Part shown: one piece after another, positions 50,780 to 64,000 of the stretch
Layout: every line of letters starts with the position of its first letter
Position numbering within the stretch: the stretch's first letter is position 1
Source of the DNA: Dipteris shenzhenensis
Taxonomy: Eukaryota
DNA length: 64,000 bases
Assembly (NCBI GenBank): GCA_047967505.1
Contig: CM106538.1
Strand: one strand, 5' to 3'
The notes under the pieces: model-generated
Databases searched by the model: none
What the model saw: only the letters and a program-made list of their open reading frames with translations
What the model was told of the DNA's origin: nothing
Translations under genes and position numbers: made by a program

Positions 50780-52420
50780 CAATTATGAGGTAATCAACTG
50801 CATTGGACCCCGTGTGGTTGTGCATGTGAAGCAATTTGTGTTGTCAAAGACCTTGCTCTTATTGCATATCTTCAAGCTGAAAAATCCGCACAAAGTGAGC
50901 AAGTGTTTGCCCCATGTGGTGGCTTCTCCCATGTCTTTTGAGACTCTTTGCTAGCTTGTTGTACTTCTTCTTTGTCGAGTTCTTCCATCCACATTGGAAT
51001 TCTACCTTCCACTATCGTTGGCATTTGATTGAAGCAAGTTCGTGCATTGAAATCTCTTGATAGCATGATTGCACCTTTCTTGCAGTATTCATGTATGTCC
51101 TTGCTCAATTGCATAAAGGGGTTTGCACTAGATATCTGTCCATTTTTCTTGTAGATGTGGGATTGTGGGGGTGCAAAGTAGCAAGCTTCCCCGGTTTCCA
51201 GTCACATGTAATATTTGTTTCATTCCGCCTTCACAATCTTGCCTTGTCCCAACCTGTTTTAATGTAGTATGCCACTCCTCTGTAGTCTTTCTTATTCCGG
51301 ATTGATGTCTTTGAGAACCCTTGTAGGGTTGGTCCCGTTGCCTTCATGCTCCCAAGTTTCTAGTGCAATGAAATCTCAATCTCTACAAACATTTCAGCCA
51401 GTGCCAAAGTTGTATCTAGAGATAACCCTTCTACATCCATATCTTGATCTTGAGGGTCGATTCCCTAGGCTTTGTGTTCTTGTTTTTTATCTTTGTTCAA
51501 TATTACTACTTTGCCATCTTTGATGAAGGCCAATTTCTCGTCTTTCTTGGCATTTTTTACTTTTTCCACTTCAGCCATTCATTGAGCATGTTGACTTAGG
51601 TAAGGTCCTACTTCACCCACATAGAGTGCCCCTTGAGAAACATGTGTCTTAGGACCTTCATCCGTGTTTCAGCATTTTGGAATGTGATAATGATCAATCT
51701 AGGTTTTTCTCCTTTTTCTTAATCCTTCATGATCTTTACCGGTCGGGTTCACTAATGTTCATAGTGTTGAACAAGAAGTCACCGAAAGAGACTTCGAGGT
51801 TCTCTATTTCTTTCACCGAAAGAGACTTCGAGGTTCTCTATTTCTTTCTCTGCAAGCCCTATATTCTGAGATTAAGGGCTTCTCTTGTATGTCCTCTTGC
51901 TTCTTCATGCATGAGGTAAACTCGTCCATCTTGTAGTTCACCAAATCATTTAGTTTGGAGATGATGTGTTGGTTGGTGTATGCTTTTCCCTCTTTGTGCC
52001 TTGTGTTCTGTTTGTTTTGGATTCATCTCCCTTATCATCTAACACTCGGATTAGTTGTTCTAGAGTTCCTACCTTTGTAATGCCTTGGTCTACTTTCCTC
52101 TCTACTACATTCAGCCTCTAAAACATCTCTTCCAATTTCCATTGTAGGTCTACCATCCCTTCCTTGAGCTCTGCATTTTGTCTTCTGAAATTTAAGTTTA
52201 CTTGCTAGAGGTTTAGGACATTTTCTTTTCGATGAAAGGCCTCCTTGATTTTTGTTTGATAGACCCTAGCTTGGGAGCTAACCACTCTGCTTCGTCCCAT
52301 TTTTGGGAAAGATTACATGCTTGCCAGGAATAAGGGGGTGGACCTCCACCCTGGATATTCAATAAGACCACTCGGATACATAGACAACGTGTCGTTTGCA
52401 TTTGCATTTTCGAATAATGA
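50780..52420 (-). mobile_element. LINE fragment (ORF1-like region plus endonuclease)
   Basis: Minus-strand CYFAPPQS and IMLSRDFNART (APE endonuclease GDFNAR-like), with an upstream coiled-coil-like region. Confidence 0.55.
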
Positions 52421-54309
52421 TGGTGTGGTTTCTCTTTGCTTTGACCTGTTTGTTGTTTATAGGCATGTACAAGACATGGATTTTTAGGTGTGTATGAGAT
52501 TAGATGCGGTCATAGTGGCTTCTATTGGGCTCTCCCTAATGATTGGATTGGAGATCCTGCGATGTTTCGGAGGTCTTGCGATGGTATAGGTCGTAGCTCG
52601 AAGCATTAGTAATACAAAGGATCAGCCTTTTTGGGCTCAAGCCGAGTGATCTATAGGATTTTTCTAAATGGAGTTGAAATTGTAGGAAATTTTGAGGAGC
52701 TTGTCTGCTACATTTTGGCCTTCACCCCCGTGGTTGGCCTGGGGGTTCAACCCAACTCGGGGTTGGAGAGAATAGGTCAAAGGAGCGAGGGGAGATCAAA
52801 AGAGCGGAGCTACAATGTTACGCTCAAGTTGAGGCAACATGACCTCGGAAGGATCAGTCGACATTTTCCTTTAAAGGATCAATGTTTGTATTATATTTGT
52901 TTGGGCTTTACTTAAATGATCAGAAAGGAATCAAAGTCAAGGTCCTTGGTGACGGTGATATGGCACTAGACTAGGTGGATCTAAGGCTAAGGGGTATAAA
53001 TGCATTAAATGTGCTAAGGGGCAAGTGATTTCAATGATATCCCAAGAGAGGGGTAAATGATGAATTTAGGAGGTACCCTAAATTGTAGACATGTGGCCTA
53101 CTAGATCCATCAAGGGAATTGGGGCTCGTTGGGATCTGGCAAGCAGGAGCTTTCACGTAAGAGGAGATTCTGTAAGCTTGCTACCATCGAGGTTGGCTCG
53201 GAGGAAAATATGTGCCTATGCCCGTGATTGTAAAGAGAAAGATAGGCCTTTGAATGTTTATATCGTGATATTTGGTATCAGAGCTACAGGCGATTGGGAA
53301 AAGGGGGATTGAGAGAGCTCCTGGACTGGCTGGGCGTATGACTAAGCTAATGAACTGAGGAGGAGATAAGATAACGTCGTGTTATTTGTCCACGTTATTT
53401 GTGAGTATGTAGTATATCGCGGGCAGTTTGTTAATCAAAGGGCTGTGTGACGCCCAAATTTGACAATGAATAATACGGAGCACAGATCGTATTTTGGTAT
53501 TATATGTTCACGGACGTCATCGCAATTGAAAGATATCAAAATCACGTACAGTCGCACGTTCATAATTTGGTACCTTCAGGGCTCTTTGGCATCGCGTGAG
53601 GAGCATTATATGGTTGGGGGCATTCGAATCGTGGGTCAATTGCTGTGCGAAGTCCGTGAGTTACAATAGTCACATAGATTAGTCTTCTTCGTCATCGAAT
53701 TGACTACTCTAGTGTTGCTTTTAATTACATTTATCACGGAGCAATTTTGGAGCGTGAAACAGTTACGGCTTGGGGCTAAGGTCACAATAGTATCCGATGG
53801 ATTTTAAGCAGTGATGGGTCGTCTGAGTGCGTAGAGCTGGGTGTGATGTTTAATGTTTACGACGTGGTTACTTTGCAATGATGTAGCGTCCAAATCAGAT
53901 ACTCACAGAGATTTGGTGAAGGAGATCCCGGGAGCAAGGCAACCATTTGAACGGTTGTATTGACAGAGGACACATCATTTAAGGTCTTTGGATCTTGAAG
54001 GAAAAAAAAAAAAAAGAGAGTCACATCATCCATCCAAGACAGATTATAATTGCAGATTGGGAGTGGTTTGTAGGGACAAGTTGGTCTCTTCATGCAGCAG
54101 AAATATGACCAGGGAGCTCTCTATGCCTTTTAAGTTTTGTTGGAGCATATGCTAGTTTATTTGCCCTCGGTGTTTGAGTTATTTGAGATTGCAAATATTT
54201 CCCTAGTATAGGAAAAAAATAATCATCTTGGTTCTCAGTTATTTTCAGTTGATGGTTATGCCTGTTTAGACACCTTTTGTGGTTATGAGATTGGAAAGCA
54301 GTCTGTAAA

Positions 54310-57300
54310 TGTTGGGGTAAAGCCACATTGCCACCCCTTTATTAAAGATATGACACCTATGACTGTCTTAAGACAGTCATAGGGTGAAAAACCTAATCCT
54401 AATAAAACCTATGAGTTTGTGGTGTGGCTCATCACTTCACACCCGCATCTTTTGTGTCATCTCTCTCTCTCACTCTCTCCCCGTTGTACTTCTCCCTCTT
54501 TCCTTCCCTCTCAACTGGTATCAGAGCCTTCATCTCTCCCTCCTCACTCCTGCCTACCTCTCCCTCTACCCCACCTTGTCCCCTCGGGACTCGTGCCCTC
54601 AGCAGCGTGCAGGCGGCGTGGGCGGAGCTTGGCATTGCGCAGGCAGCGCGGGCTGCAGCGGGATAGCGAGGGCGGTAGCGCGGGCGACAGCGCGCGTGCG
54701 GGCTGAACAGGGCGGCGCGGAGCAGCGCCAGCAGCTGCAATAGCAGCAGCTAGCTGCTGCTAGCTGCTACCCGCTACCAAGCGGGCGCAGCCAGTGCGCA
54801 GCACCGGTGCGCAGCACCGGTGCGCACCCAAGCAGCCTCAGGGCCTCGAACAGGGCGGCGCGCAGGCGCACGCAGGGAGCTTGTGTACGGACGTACGGCC
54901 GTCCGTACCGCCGTACGGACACCGTACAGGCGTCCGTACTGTACGGACGCCGCCGTACGAACTGCGTCAGGAAGCTGCTTCAGGGAGCTGCGTCAGGGAA
55001 GTGCATTTCGAAATTTTTTTTCTGGATTTGTACCCTGCACAAGTACAGCAAGTACAATGGTACCCTGCACAAGTACACAGGTACAGAAAGTACAACAGTT
55101 TTGGACAGAAAGTACAGCAAGTATAGTGGTACCTTGCACAAGTACACAGGTAGAAAAAGTACAACAGTTTTGGACAGAAAGTACAACAAGTACAGTGGTA
55201 CCCTGCACAAGTACACAGGTACAGAAAGTACAGCAGGTACATCAGTTTTTCTTTGGGGAAAGAAGAAAAAGAGAGCATTCCCGGCTATTCAGTTCTTAAA
55301 CTGTGTTTTTGAGGTACAGCAAGTACACTCTTGTCCCTCGTGCTTGAGGTGACTAGTACCACAGTGTGTGGTGGTTGCACAGTTATCTTGTTTCGGGAAG
55401 GTAATGCCTTGATTTTGCATAGGGCTTTTATGCTTTTGCTGAGTGCAAATCTCAGCTTTTGGGTGACATTTTCAAAGGGCTTTTGCCTGAAAGCTTATGC
55501 AGTGTATGCCTTGAGGCAGTGTGGAGCCAGGGAGCTCACATTGGTCTTGTTTCCGCAGTGTATTCAGTGACATTTCTGCAGGTCACATTTTGTGTACGAC
55601 ACCTTGGAAAATCTCAGTTGAGCCACGCTTGGCCAGGGCGCATCGAGTTTACTCGGTCCCTAACTGTCCATCGTTGACAGTGCTCAAAAGATTTTCTCTT
55701 CAGTGTTTGTACGTTGGGATCTGTGTTGTTATTGTGTACACAGGGCTGTTTATGCATTGCATTGTCAGGTGAAAGTGCCAGGAGAGTGCTGTATTTTGTA
55801 TGCTACCTCAGTGTTGAGGTGTTTTTCACTTGGTACAGGTGTCAAATCAAGGGGCTTTTGCCCAGATTTTGCTTGAGAGCACTTGGGTTACTGTTTGAGA
55901 CCTTCAGATGCCTTTTATCCCCTTGGCAGAAGGGTGATTGCTTGGGATTTGTCCCATTTTCTGTTGCAGGTTTGTGACAGGCTGAAGTGTCTGGAGCCTC
56001 TTTTCAGTGAACAAAATAGTGTATGACAAGTGGTTTATGCATATAAAATCAGTGCATTACCTCATCTGAGGTGGGAGAAGTGATCAGGACAGCAGTGTTT
56101 TGTGCTTCGTCAGCTGATGATGCACTGTTAAAGCACTTGTGGAACAGCTGCAGCATTCTGAAATTACTGTTTTATGCCTATTTGAGCACGGTACAGTGTG
56201 TCAGAAGGTACAGTAATTGGAGGGAAATTTTTCTGTTTTGCTGCAGATTTTTTGACAGTAAAAACAGCACTATTGTGAGTGCTCCTGGCTCTTGATAGAG
56301 CAGGTTTTTTCTGAGAAATCAGAATTTTATTCAGTCTTTTTTGACTTACAGGGAGTCAGGTACTTTCCTTATCTGATATGGCATCAGGGGGAAGTGAATC
56401 ATCAATTCTGAACATAAAGAAATTGGAAGGGGCACACAATTATGCATTATGGGCAGAACAGTGTTTGAATGTACTTCTGCTTAAGAAGATTTCTAAGCCC
56501 ATAAGGGTGAAGGGTGTCAAGCCATCTCGGATGTCAGATGATGAGTGGGAGGAGCTAGATTTGTCCGCGAGGGCTGCTATCATGCTTACTCTCAGTGATT
56601 CTCTTGTGTTCAATGTTCAAGCTGAAAAGACCTCTTATGGCTTATGGCAGAGGCTAGCAGAGTTGTATGCCCAAAAGAGTTCAGCCAGTAAGGTGTATTG
56701 GTTGAAGAAGCTGGTTGATCTTCGCATGAAGGAAGGTACAGCTATGACCTCACACTTGAGTGAGTTCAATGCCATCTTTACACAGCTGATTGCACAGGGG
56801 TTGAACCTTGATGAGGAGTTCAAGACTACTTTCTTGTTGTGTACCCTCCCTGAGAGTTGGGACACTTTCAAGACCACCCTGTCTAATTCAAATGTCACTC
56901 TTATATATGCTGATGTAGAGAGCTCTCTCCTTATGGAGGAGATGAGCAGGAAGAATAATGCGGGCAGCAAGTCTTCAAATCCTTTGCATGTACAGGAAAG
57001 AGGCAGGACTCAGCAGAAGGGGAGATCTGCTGGTAAGTCCAAATCCCGCAGTCAGTCCCGTGGCAAAAAGGATACTGAATGCTTTTAATGTGGCAAGAAG
57101 GGACATGTGAAGTCTAAGTGCTTCAAGTTTATACGGGATCAGAAAGCCAAGAAGGCTGAGGCAAAGGATGCAGGCAGTGGAAGCAAAGGCAAAGGCAAGG
57201 CCAAGGTAGATGACTTGGATGCAGTGAATGTTGCAGCAGAGGACAGTGACAGTGACAGACATGATGTTTTATGCTCTTTTGCTGTAATTGCACATACTTT

Positions 57301-60300
57301 GGTTATTGATGGCCATGACATGCACACCTGGCTCTTGGATTCAGGTGCTTCTTTTCATGTTACTCCTCATAGGGAGTGGTTTACTTCCTACACAGGTACT
57401 CATGGAGTTGTTCACCTTGGGAACAACTATGCATGTCAGATTGCAGGGATTGGCAGTATACAGATAGTATTCCCTGATGGACGCATATTTATGCTTGATG
57501 GTGTTCGCCATGTGCCGCAAATCAAGAAAAATCTGATTAGCACTGGCTTGTTGGATGACAGTGGTTACCACACCACATTTGGGGATTCCAAATGGGTGAT
57601 TACTGATGGCCAGGTTGTAGTGGATGAGAGTTTTAAGAGTGATACCTTGTACCCTCTTTATGTTTCCAGTGTAGGTAATCATGTTGTTGCCATAACCGAG
57701 CTGCCAAAGGTTTCATTGTGGCATAGCCGGTTGGGACACATGTCCGTTAAAGGAATGCAAGAACTGTCACGTTTGGGTTATCTGCCGTCTCTTTCATTTT
57801 CAGATTTGCCTACTTGTGATCATTGCATATTTGGCAAGCATTCTATGACTCCTCATAAGAGGAGAACTCCCCAAAATAGAGCACCGCTTGATCTAGTGCA
57901 CACTGATTTGTGTGAGATGCCACAGCTATCACTAGGGGGTGCAAAGTATTTCATTACTTTTATTGATGATGCCACACGCAAAGTGTGGGTCTATTTCTTG
58001 AAGCATAAGAGCGATGCCTTAGATGCTTTCAAGAAGTTTGTCGCTCAGGTTGAGAATCGGACAGGTCGCAGGCTGAAATGCCTCAGATCCGATAATGGGG
58101 GTGAGTATGTGTCACATGCTTTTGTGCAGTTTTGCGAAGCTAAGGGCATTAAACAGGAACTCACAGCCCCTCATAATGCATCTCAAAATGGTGTGAGTGA
58201 GCGGATGGATCGAACTATTCAAGAGAAGGTTCGATGTATGTTGTCTTATGCTGCATTGCCCCATGGCTTTTGGGCAGAAGCCGTGCAAACAGCAGTTCAC
58301 ATAATTAACAGGTCGCCGAACAAGGCTTTGGAGTTGAAAGTGCCAGAGGAGGTGTGGTCTGGCAAGCCACCTTCATATAAGCACTTACGTGTGTTTGGCT
58401 GCGAGTGCTTTGCTCATATACGCAAAGAACTGCGCACCAAACTGGAGTCAAAGTCTTCCAGATGCATCTTTATGGGTTATGGTGACGAAGGTGAAATGGG
58501 GTACAAGTTATGGGATCCCGTTAAACGGAAGATTATACGCAGCAATGATGTCATCTTTAAAGAGGATAGTGTACACAAAGAACCCGTGCAACCTGTGGAA
58601 TACAGGAGGCTTGTTTATGATGATGTCGGACAGCAAAGAATGCCCATTAATATGCAGCAGCAGGCTGCTGCAGATAACCCTGTTCAAGAGGGTATACAGG
58701 CTGAAAATCAGCCAGATAATTTTGCCAATGATGCACCACTGAATATGCCAGCAAATGGGGCTGTAGAACAGCCGGATATGGTGATACAGCCACCCATCAT
58801 GCATGACGAACAGGCTAGACAGCAGCCTAATCCGGAACATTTTGTTAGGAGGAGCACCCGTGTACAACGGCCTCCTGACATGTTTGTTCCAGGAGCCAAT
58901 AATGTGGATGATTTTATTATGCTGACAGATTGTGGTGAGCCTTCCAGCTTCAAGGAAGCTATGGGAAGAACAGAGAAAAGGAAGTGGGAGAAAGCCATGC
59001 AATCTGAAATGGACTCCCTACTTCAAAATGATACATGGGACTTGGTGCAGCTACCTGCAGGCAGAAAGGTTTTGCCATGCAAGTGGGTTTACAAAGTCAA
59101 AGTGGATTCAAATGCTTTACCAAGGTATAAGGCCAGATTGGTTGCCAAGGGATTTAAGCAGGAGAAAGGCATTGACTTTGATGAGATTTTTTCCCCTGTA
59201 GTCAAGATGACTACTTTGAGAGCAGTGTTAGCTCTTGTTGCTCATGAGGGCTTTTCTTCATGGAGATCTCCATGATGAGATCTATATGAGTCAGCCAGAG
59301 GGATATGCTGTTAAAGGGAAAGAGCAGCTTGTGTGTAAGCTCAAGAGGAGCTTGTATGGACTCAAGCAGGCACCAAGAGAATGGTACAAGAAGTTTGATG
59401 CCTTCATGCAGTCCCAAGGGTATCATAGGTGTGAGACCGATCATTGCTTGTACACCAAACGGGCAAAGGATGGCAGTTTGATGCTACTCATTCTATATGT
59501 GGATGACATGCTAATTGCCAGTAAATCTCAGCATGAGATTAGTGCTTTGAAGAAACAACTGCATAAGTCTTTTGACATGAAAGACTTGGGTGATGCAAAC
59601 CATATTCTTGGCATGCGGATTACTCGTGACAAGTCCAAGGGACTTTTGTTTCTATCACAGAAGGAGTACATTGACAAAGTACTGCAGAGGTTTAAAATGG
59701 AGGGGGGGAAGTCTATTAGTACCCCGTTGCCTCCACATTTAAAACTCAGCAGTAAGGACAGCCCCAGATCAGATGATGATAAGGCTGAAATGGCCAAGGT
59801 TCCGTATGCATCTGCAGTTGGTTCTTTGATGTATGCCATGGTTGCCACTCGTCCGGATATTGCTTTTGCGGTGGGAGTCATCAGCAGGTATATGGCAAAT
59901 CCAGGCAAGCGGCACTGGGAAGCAGTGAAAGGTGTCTTGAGGTATCTCAAAGGTACCAAAGACTTGTGCATATGCTATGGTAGGCAAGATGCATTGGTGC
60001 ATGGTTTTACAGATTCAAACTATGCAGGGAATGTAGATAACCGGAAGTCTACTACCGGTTATATTTTCACATTTGCAGGAGGTGCTATATCATGGGTGTC
60101 TCGGTTGCAGAAATGCGTTGCACTGTCAACCACTGAAGCTGAATATGTTGCAGCCACTGAGGCTTGCAAGGAAGCAATATGGCTTACTCGGCTGGTGGGA
60201 GATTTGGGCACTACAGGAGATATGCCAGTTTTGCATTGTGATAGTCAGAGTGCTATCATGTTGGCAAAGAATCCGGTCTTTCATCAAAAGACCAAGCACA

Positions 60301-60759
60301 TAGATGTGAAATATCATTTCATCAGGGAGGTACTGGAAGACAAGCGACTTGAGCTTGTGAAAGTGCATACTGATGATAATCCTGCAGATTTGCTCACTAA
60401 GAGCTTGCCTACAGAGCGGTTTGCACATTGCCGCCACATCATGGGATTAGGATGAGACCATTCTTATTTTATGGTCTTGTATACAGTAACTGTATATTGC
60501 TGTAATTTTTTATTCTTTTCTCCCCTTTAGGCACATTGGCCTTTAGGTGGGAGGTTGTTGGGGTAAAGGCACATTGCCACCCCTTTATTAAAGATATGAC
60601 ACCTATGACTGTCTTAAGACAGTCATAGGGTGAAAAACCTAATCCTAATAAAACCTATGAGTTTGTGGTGTGGCTCATCACTTCACACCCGCATCTTTTG
60701 TGTCATCTCTCTCTCTCACTCTCTCCCCGTTGTACTTCTCCCTCTTTCCTTCCCTCTCA
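54310..60759 (+). mobile_element. Young Ty1/Copia LTR retrotransposon
   Basis: 204-bp TG...CA LTRs at 54310-54513 and 60556-60759, differing at one base by eye. TSD GTAAA. PBS TGGTATCAGAGC at 54516. PPT AGGTGGGAGG before the 3' LTR. Confidence 0.97.
56378..60455 (+). pseudogene. Copia gag-pol polyprotein (gag, zinc knuckle, PR, IN, RT, RNase H), disrupted
   Basis: WLLDSGAS, LWHSRLGH, DNGGEY, LYVDDML and STTEAEY motifs. In-frame stop in the zinc knuckle (CF*CGKKGH, 57086) and a frameshifting deletion at ~59248. Confidence 0.95.
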
Positions 60760-63700
60760 GTAAATATAGTTTTAGGCGGTGTTTGATTTATTTATTTTTA
60801 AAAATTAAAAAAATAAAAAATAAAACACCCATCGGCATAAATGGAAGTAGAAGAAGAAGCTTCTAGGATGGATCCTGTAGAGTCGGGAGTCTGGCCAACC
60901 CCGCAGGTGTCGCGCCCAGCAGGCCATACACTATCTGGCAGAATTGCATTATTGGAGGATGCATGCCTTCAACCTCATCAGTGGAAAGATTGTCCACGAA
61001 ATATAAGTCGTCGGATGGCTGAGATGGTGAGTGACGTGGAAATGGAAGGAAGTCCCATTGGAAATCCGAAAAGCTCAAGAAGAGTTGTACAGCATCGGTA
61101 GAGCCGATTGATGGTTCTTCAGCTAGCACTGATGTTACCCAAAATGGAGAGATGGCCAAGCTGGCTAATCAAATAGCAAAGGAGTTCTCTGATTGTTTTA
61201 GGGATGAGTTACCTTATGGGTTACCTTCAGAGCGGAATGTTCAGCATAAGATTGAACTAATCCCGGAGGCAGAACCTGTAAATAGACCTCCCTATAGGTT
61301 AAGTTTTACCGAAGAAGCAGAGGTACGAAGACAACTGGAAGAATACCTCAAGCTGGGACAAATTCAACCCAGTTTCTCACCTTTTGCTTCGCCAGTGATA
61401 TTAAAAAAAAGAAAGATGATACTTTTCACCTCTGTATAGATTACAGAGCATTGAATAATATCACTATTAAGCACAGGTATCCGTGGCTCGGATCGATGAT
61501 TTGCTAGATGCATCAATTTTCAGTAAGATAGATCTTAAATGTGGCTACCATCAGATCTGTATTAGAGCCGAGGATGTGCATAAAACCGCTTTTAGAAGCA
61601 GGTTTGGACATTATGACTTTTGGGTAATGTCGTTTGAACTTACCAATGCTCCAACTACATTCGTCATGCTTATGAACGATTTACTACGTCTGTATATCGA
61701 AAAGTTTGTAGTCCATTTTATTGACGATATTCTGGTATTCAGTAAAAGTATTAATGAGCATTACGAACACTTAAGAATAGTGTTCAATACTTTGAGGAAA
61801 GCCAGTCTTTATGTAAATAAAAAGAAAATTGTACTGTGTATGGTAAGACTTGAATATTTAGGATTCATTATTACTCCTGAGGGTTGTTTATTAAACATAT
61901 ATTTTGTTTGCATGGATTACCCGAATCCATAGTGTCAGACAAGGATGTCAAATTTACCAATCATTTTTGGACTACAATGTTTGAGACACTAAGGACTGAG
62001 TAGTGGGGATCATCTAGAAACGGATGGTCAGATAGAAAGAATCAACCAAATTTTAGAGGATATGCTTAGAGCATATGTATCATTGAGGCAACATACATGG
62101 GACAAGTGGTTGCCATTGTTAGAATTTGCCTATAATGATAGAAAACATTCCTCTATAGGGTTCAGTCCGTTTGAGCTGAACTATGGTTATAGACCAGCGA
62201 ATCCAACTGCAGTTGGAGTACCTCAGAAAGTGCCTAGTGCCGCAAACATTGTGGTTCAAATGCAGGAGATGCTAGCACTTGCGAGAGCTAACATTCGCCA
62301 AGCTATGGATAGAGCTAAGGCGTATTCAGATGAAAACAGATCCATTAGAGAATTTAAGGAAGGAGAAAAAGTTTTTCTCAGAGTTCCTTCGCACTCAAAG
62401 TCTTTGTCTGCAGGAGAGTGTACTAAGTTATCACCCCGATATTGTGAGCCGTGGTTAATTCTAAAAAGAATAGGCAAGGTGGTCTATAAATTAGAATTAC
62501 CACAGGGTTATAAGGTGCACCCAGTGTTTCATGTTTCTCGTTTAAAGAAATTTTTGCATACAAGTGACTCACTAATCGAGGGTGTTGTTTTGTTTCAGGA
62601 GATAGAGGATAATGTAGGATGCAAACCAACAAGAATCCTAGACCAAGAAACAATGCAAGTACGCAATCGGAAGATACCCACGGTGTTGGTTGCATGGCAT
62701 GCTTTACCTCTATCAGAAGCTACCTAGGAATCCGTATACCAGTTACGGAGAGTGTTCCCAAACTTTATCATCGAGGACACTGATGCCTGACAAGGGAAGG
62801 AATGTTACGCTCAAGTTGAGGCAACATGACCTCGGAAGGGTCAGTTGACATTTTCCTTTAAAGGATCAATGCTTGTATTATATTTGTTTGGGCTTTACGT
62901 AAATGATCAGAAAGGAATCAAAGTCCAAGTCCTTGGTGAGGGTGATATGGCACTAGACTAGGTGGATCTAAGGCTAAGGGGTATAAATGCATTAAATGTG
63001 CTAAGGGGCAAGTGATTTCAATGATATCCCAAGAGGGGGGTAAATGATGCATTTAGGAGGTACCCTAAATTGTAGACATGTGGCCTACTAGATCTATCTA
63101 GGGAATTGGGGCTCGTTGGGATTTGGCAAGCAGGAGCTTTCACGTAAGAGGAGATTCTGTAAGCTTCCTACCATCGAGGTTGGCTCGGAGGAAAATATGT
63201 GCCTATGCCCGTGATTGTAAAGAGAAAGATAAGACTTTGAATATTTATATCGTGATATACAAGAGAGGAGATCAGGTGGTTGTTGGTGCGCAAGGTGCTA
63301 GAGCAAAGGTGGAGCAAGGAGCTGGAGTGGGAAGGTGGGACTGGGGGAGAGCAGGGAGGTGGAGCGGAGGAGAAAAAAAGAAAGAAAGAAAGTCTATTAA
63401 CATCCACTGGAGAGCAAAAGGTCTATGGGACAGCAAGAAACCCTCTAGTAAACTACCCATTTTCCATCCTTTCTGGCAGCCTTGACTTTAGCTAATTCAG
63501 TAGCCTTATTCTTGAGTTGTAAACCTGTGTAAGCTCCTCTGCTATCCATACTTTGGTACCCTTCAGCTTGTAAGATTGTCGAAGGAGCTTGATCCGCATA
63601 TCTTTTGACTTCAGTGTATGGATTGCATGACCTTTATATCACTTCTAGCTTCGTGTTCTTTAATCTCTGCTTGAATATCAGATTTACTTGCTTTGGTGTC

Positions 63701-64000
63701 CACTTCCACAATCACTTCCTTCTTAGCAGTTTGTACTTCAATGTGAATAAGATCTTTGACTGTAGAGACTAGCTGCGGGGTAGGAGGGAATCCTTACAAG
63801 ATTTTACAGCCTCATCAATTACTGCCTGCTTACCAGGCCCTTCCAGAATGTGAAGTCGAGCCTTTACTTCTGCCAGTTCCAATCGTAGCTCTCTCACTGC
63901 CTGCTGCAGATTAAAAAAATGATCCTGTTGCCCAAGGATGGGTCCTTTTGAGCCTTCTTGTTGGTAATTCCGTGCATAAGGAGAGGGTGTCATGGCTGCA

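Larger units (their letters stand above)
52816..63257 (+). mobile_element. Ty3/Gypsy chromovirus LTR retrotransposon, internally deleted, with nested Copia
   Basis: 455-bp LTRs at 52816-53270 and 62803-63257. TSD TACAA. PBS TGGTATCAGAGC at 53273. PPT AAGGGAAGGAA at 62792. RT (FSKIDLKCGYHQ, FIDDILVFS), integrase and chromodomain-like PTRILD...VLVAWHALPLSEAT*E. Confidence 0.95.

Noticed and set aside
54384-55352. Several overlapping ORFs in the Copia LTR and leader
   Set aside because: They are products of GC-rich and tandem-repeat sequence with no protein motifs.
63769-63993. Possible upstream exon of the TSO1-like gene
   Set aside because: No CXC motif or convincing splice sites. It looks more like a coiled-coil LINE ORF1 remnant.

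Overview
Eukaryotic, repeat-rich land-plant genomic DNA. A seed-free vascular plant such as a fern or lycophyte is my inference from the EPFL gene, long TE-filled introns and LINE abundance. Two intact-looking host genes are present: a 3-exon EPF/EPFL secreted peptide gene (5380-6010, +, largely missed by the ORF track) and the 3' five exons of a TSO1/TCX-like CXC-domain (CPP) gene (40813-47937, -), whose upstream exons appear to lie outside the window. The rest is mostly transposons: several L1-type LINEs, Gypsy, Copia, Mutator and hAT remnants, and a chromovirus Gypsy (52816-63257) with a very young Copia nested inside (54310-60759). The standout is an ~8-kb TIR-bounded DNA transposon (22498-30468, TA-flanked) carrying three now-decayed genes. 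These are a spliced transposase with the RAG1/Transib/Chapaev-type motif series, a divergent histone H3 with a ~265-aa tail holding repeated H3-tail-like motifs, and a convergent spliced gene starting with a BAH-like chromatin-reader domain. Together they suggest a transposon with its own histone and histone-reader cargo. All domain calls are by-eye motif recognition, not database searches.
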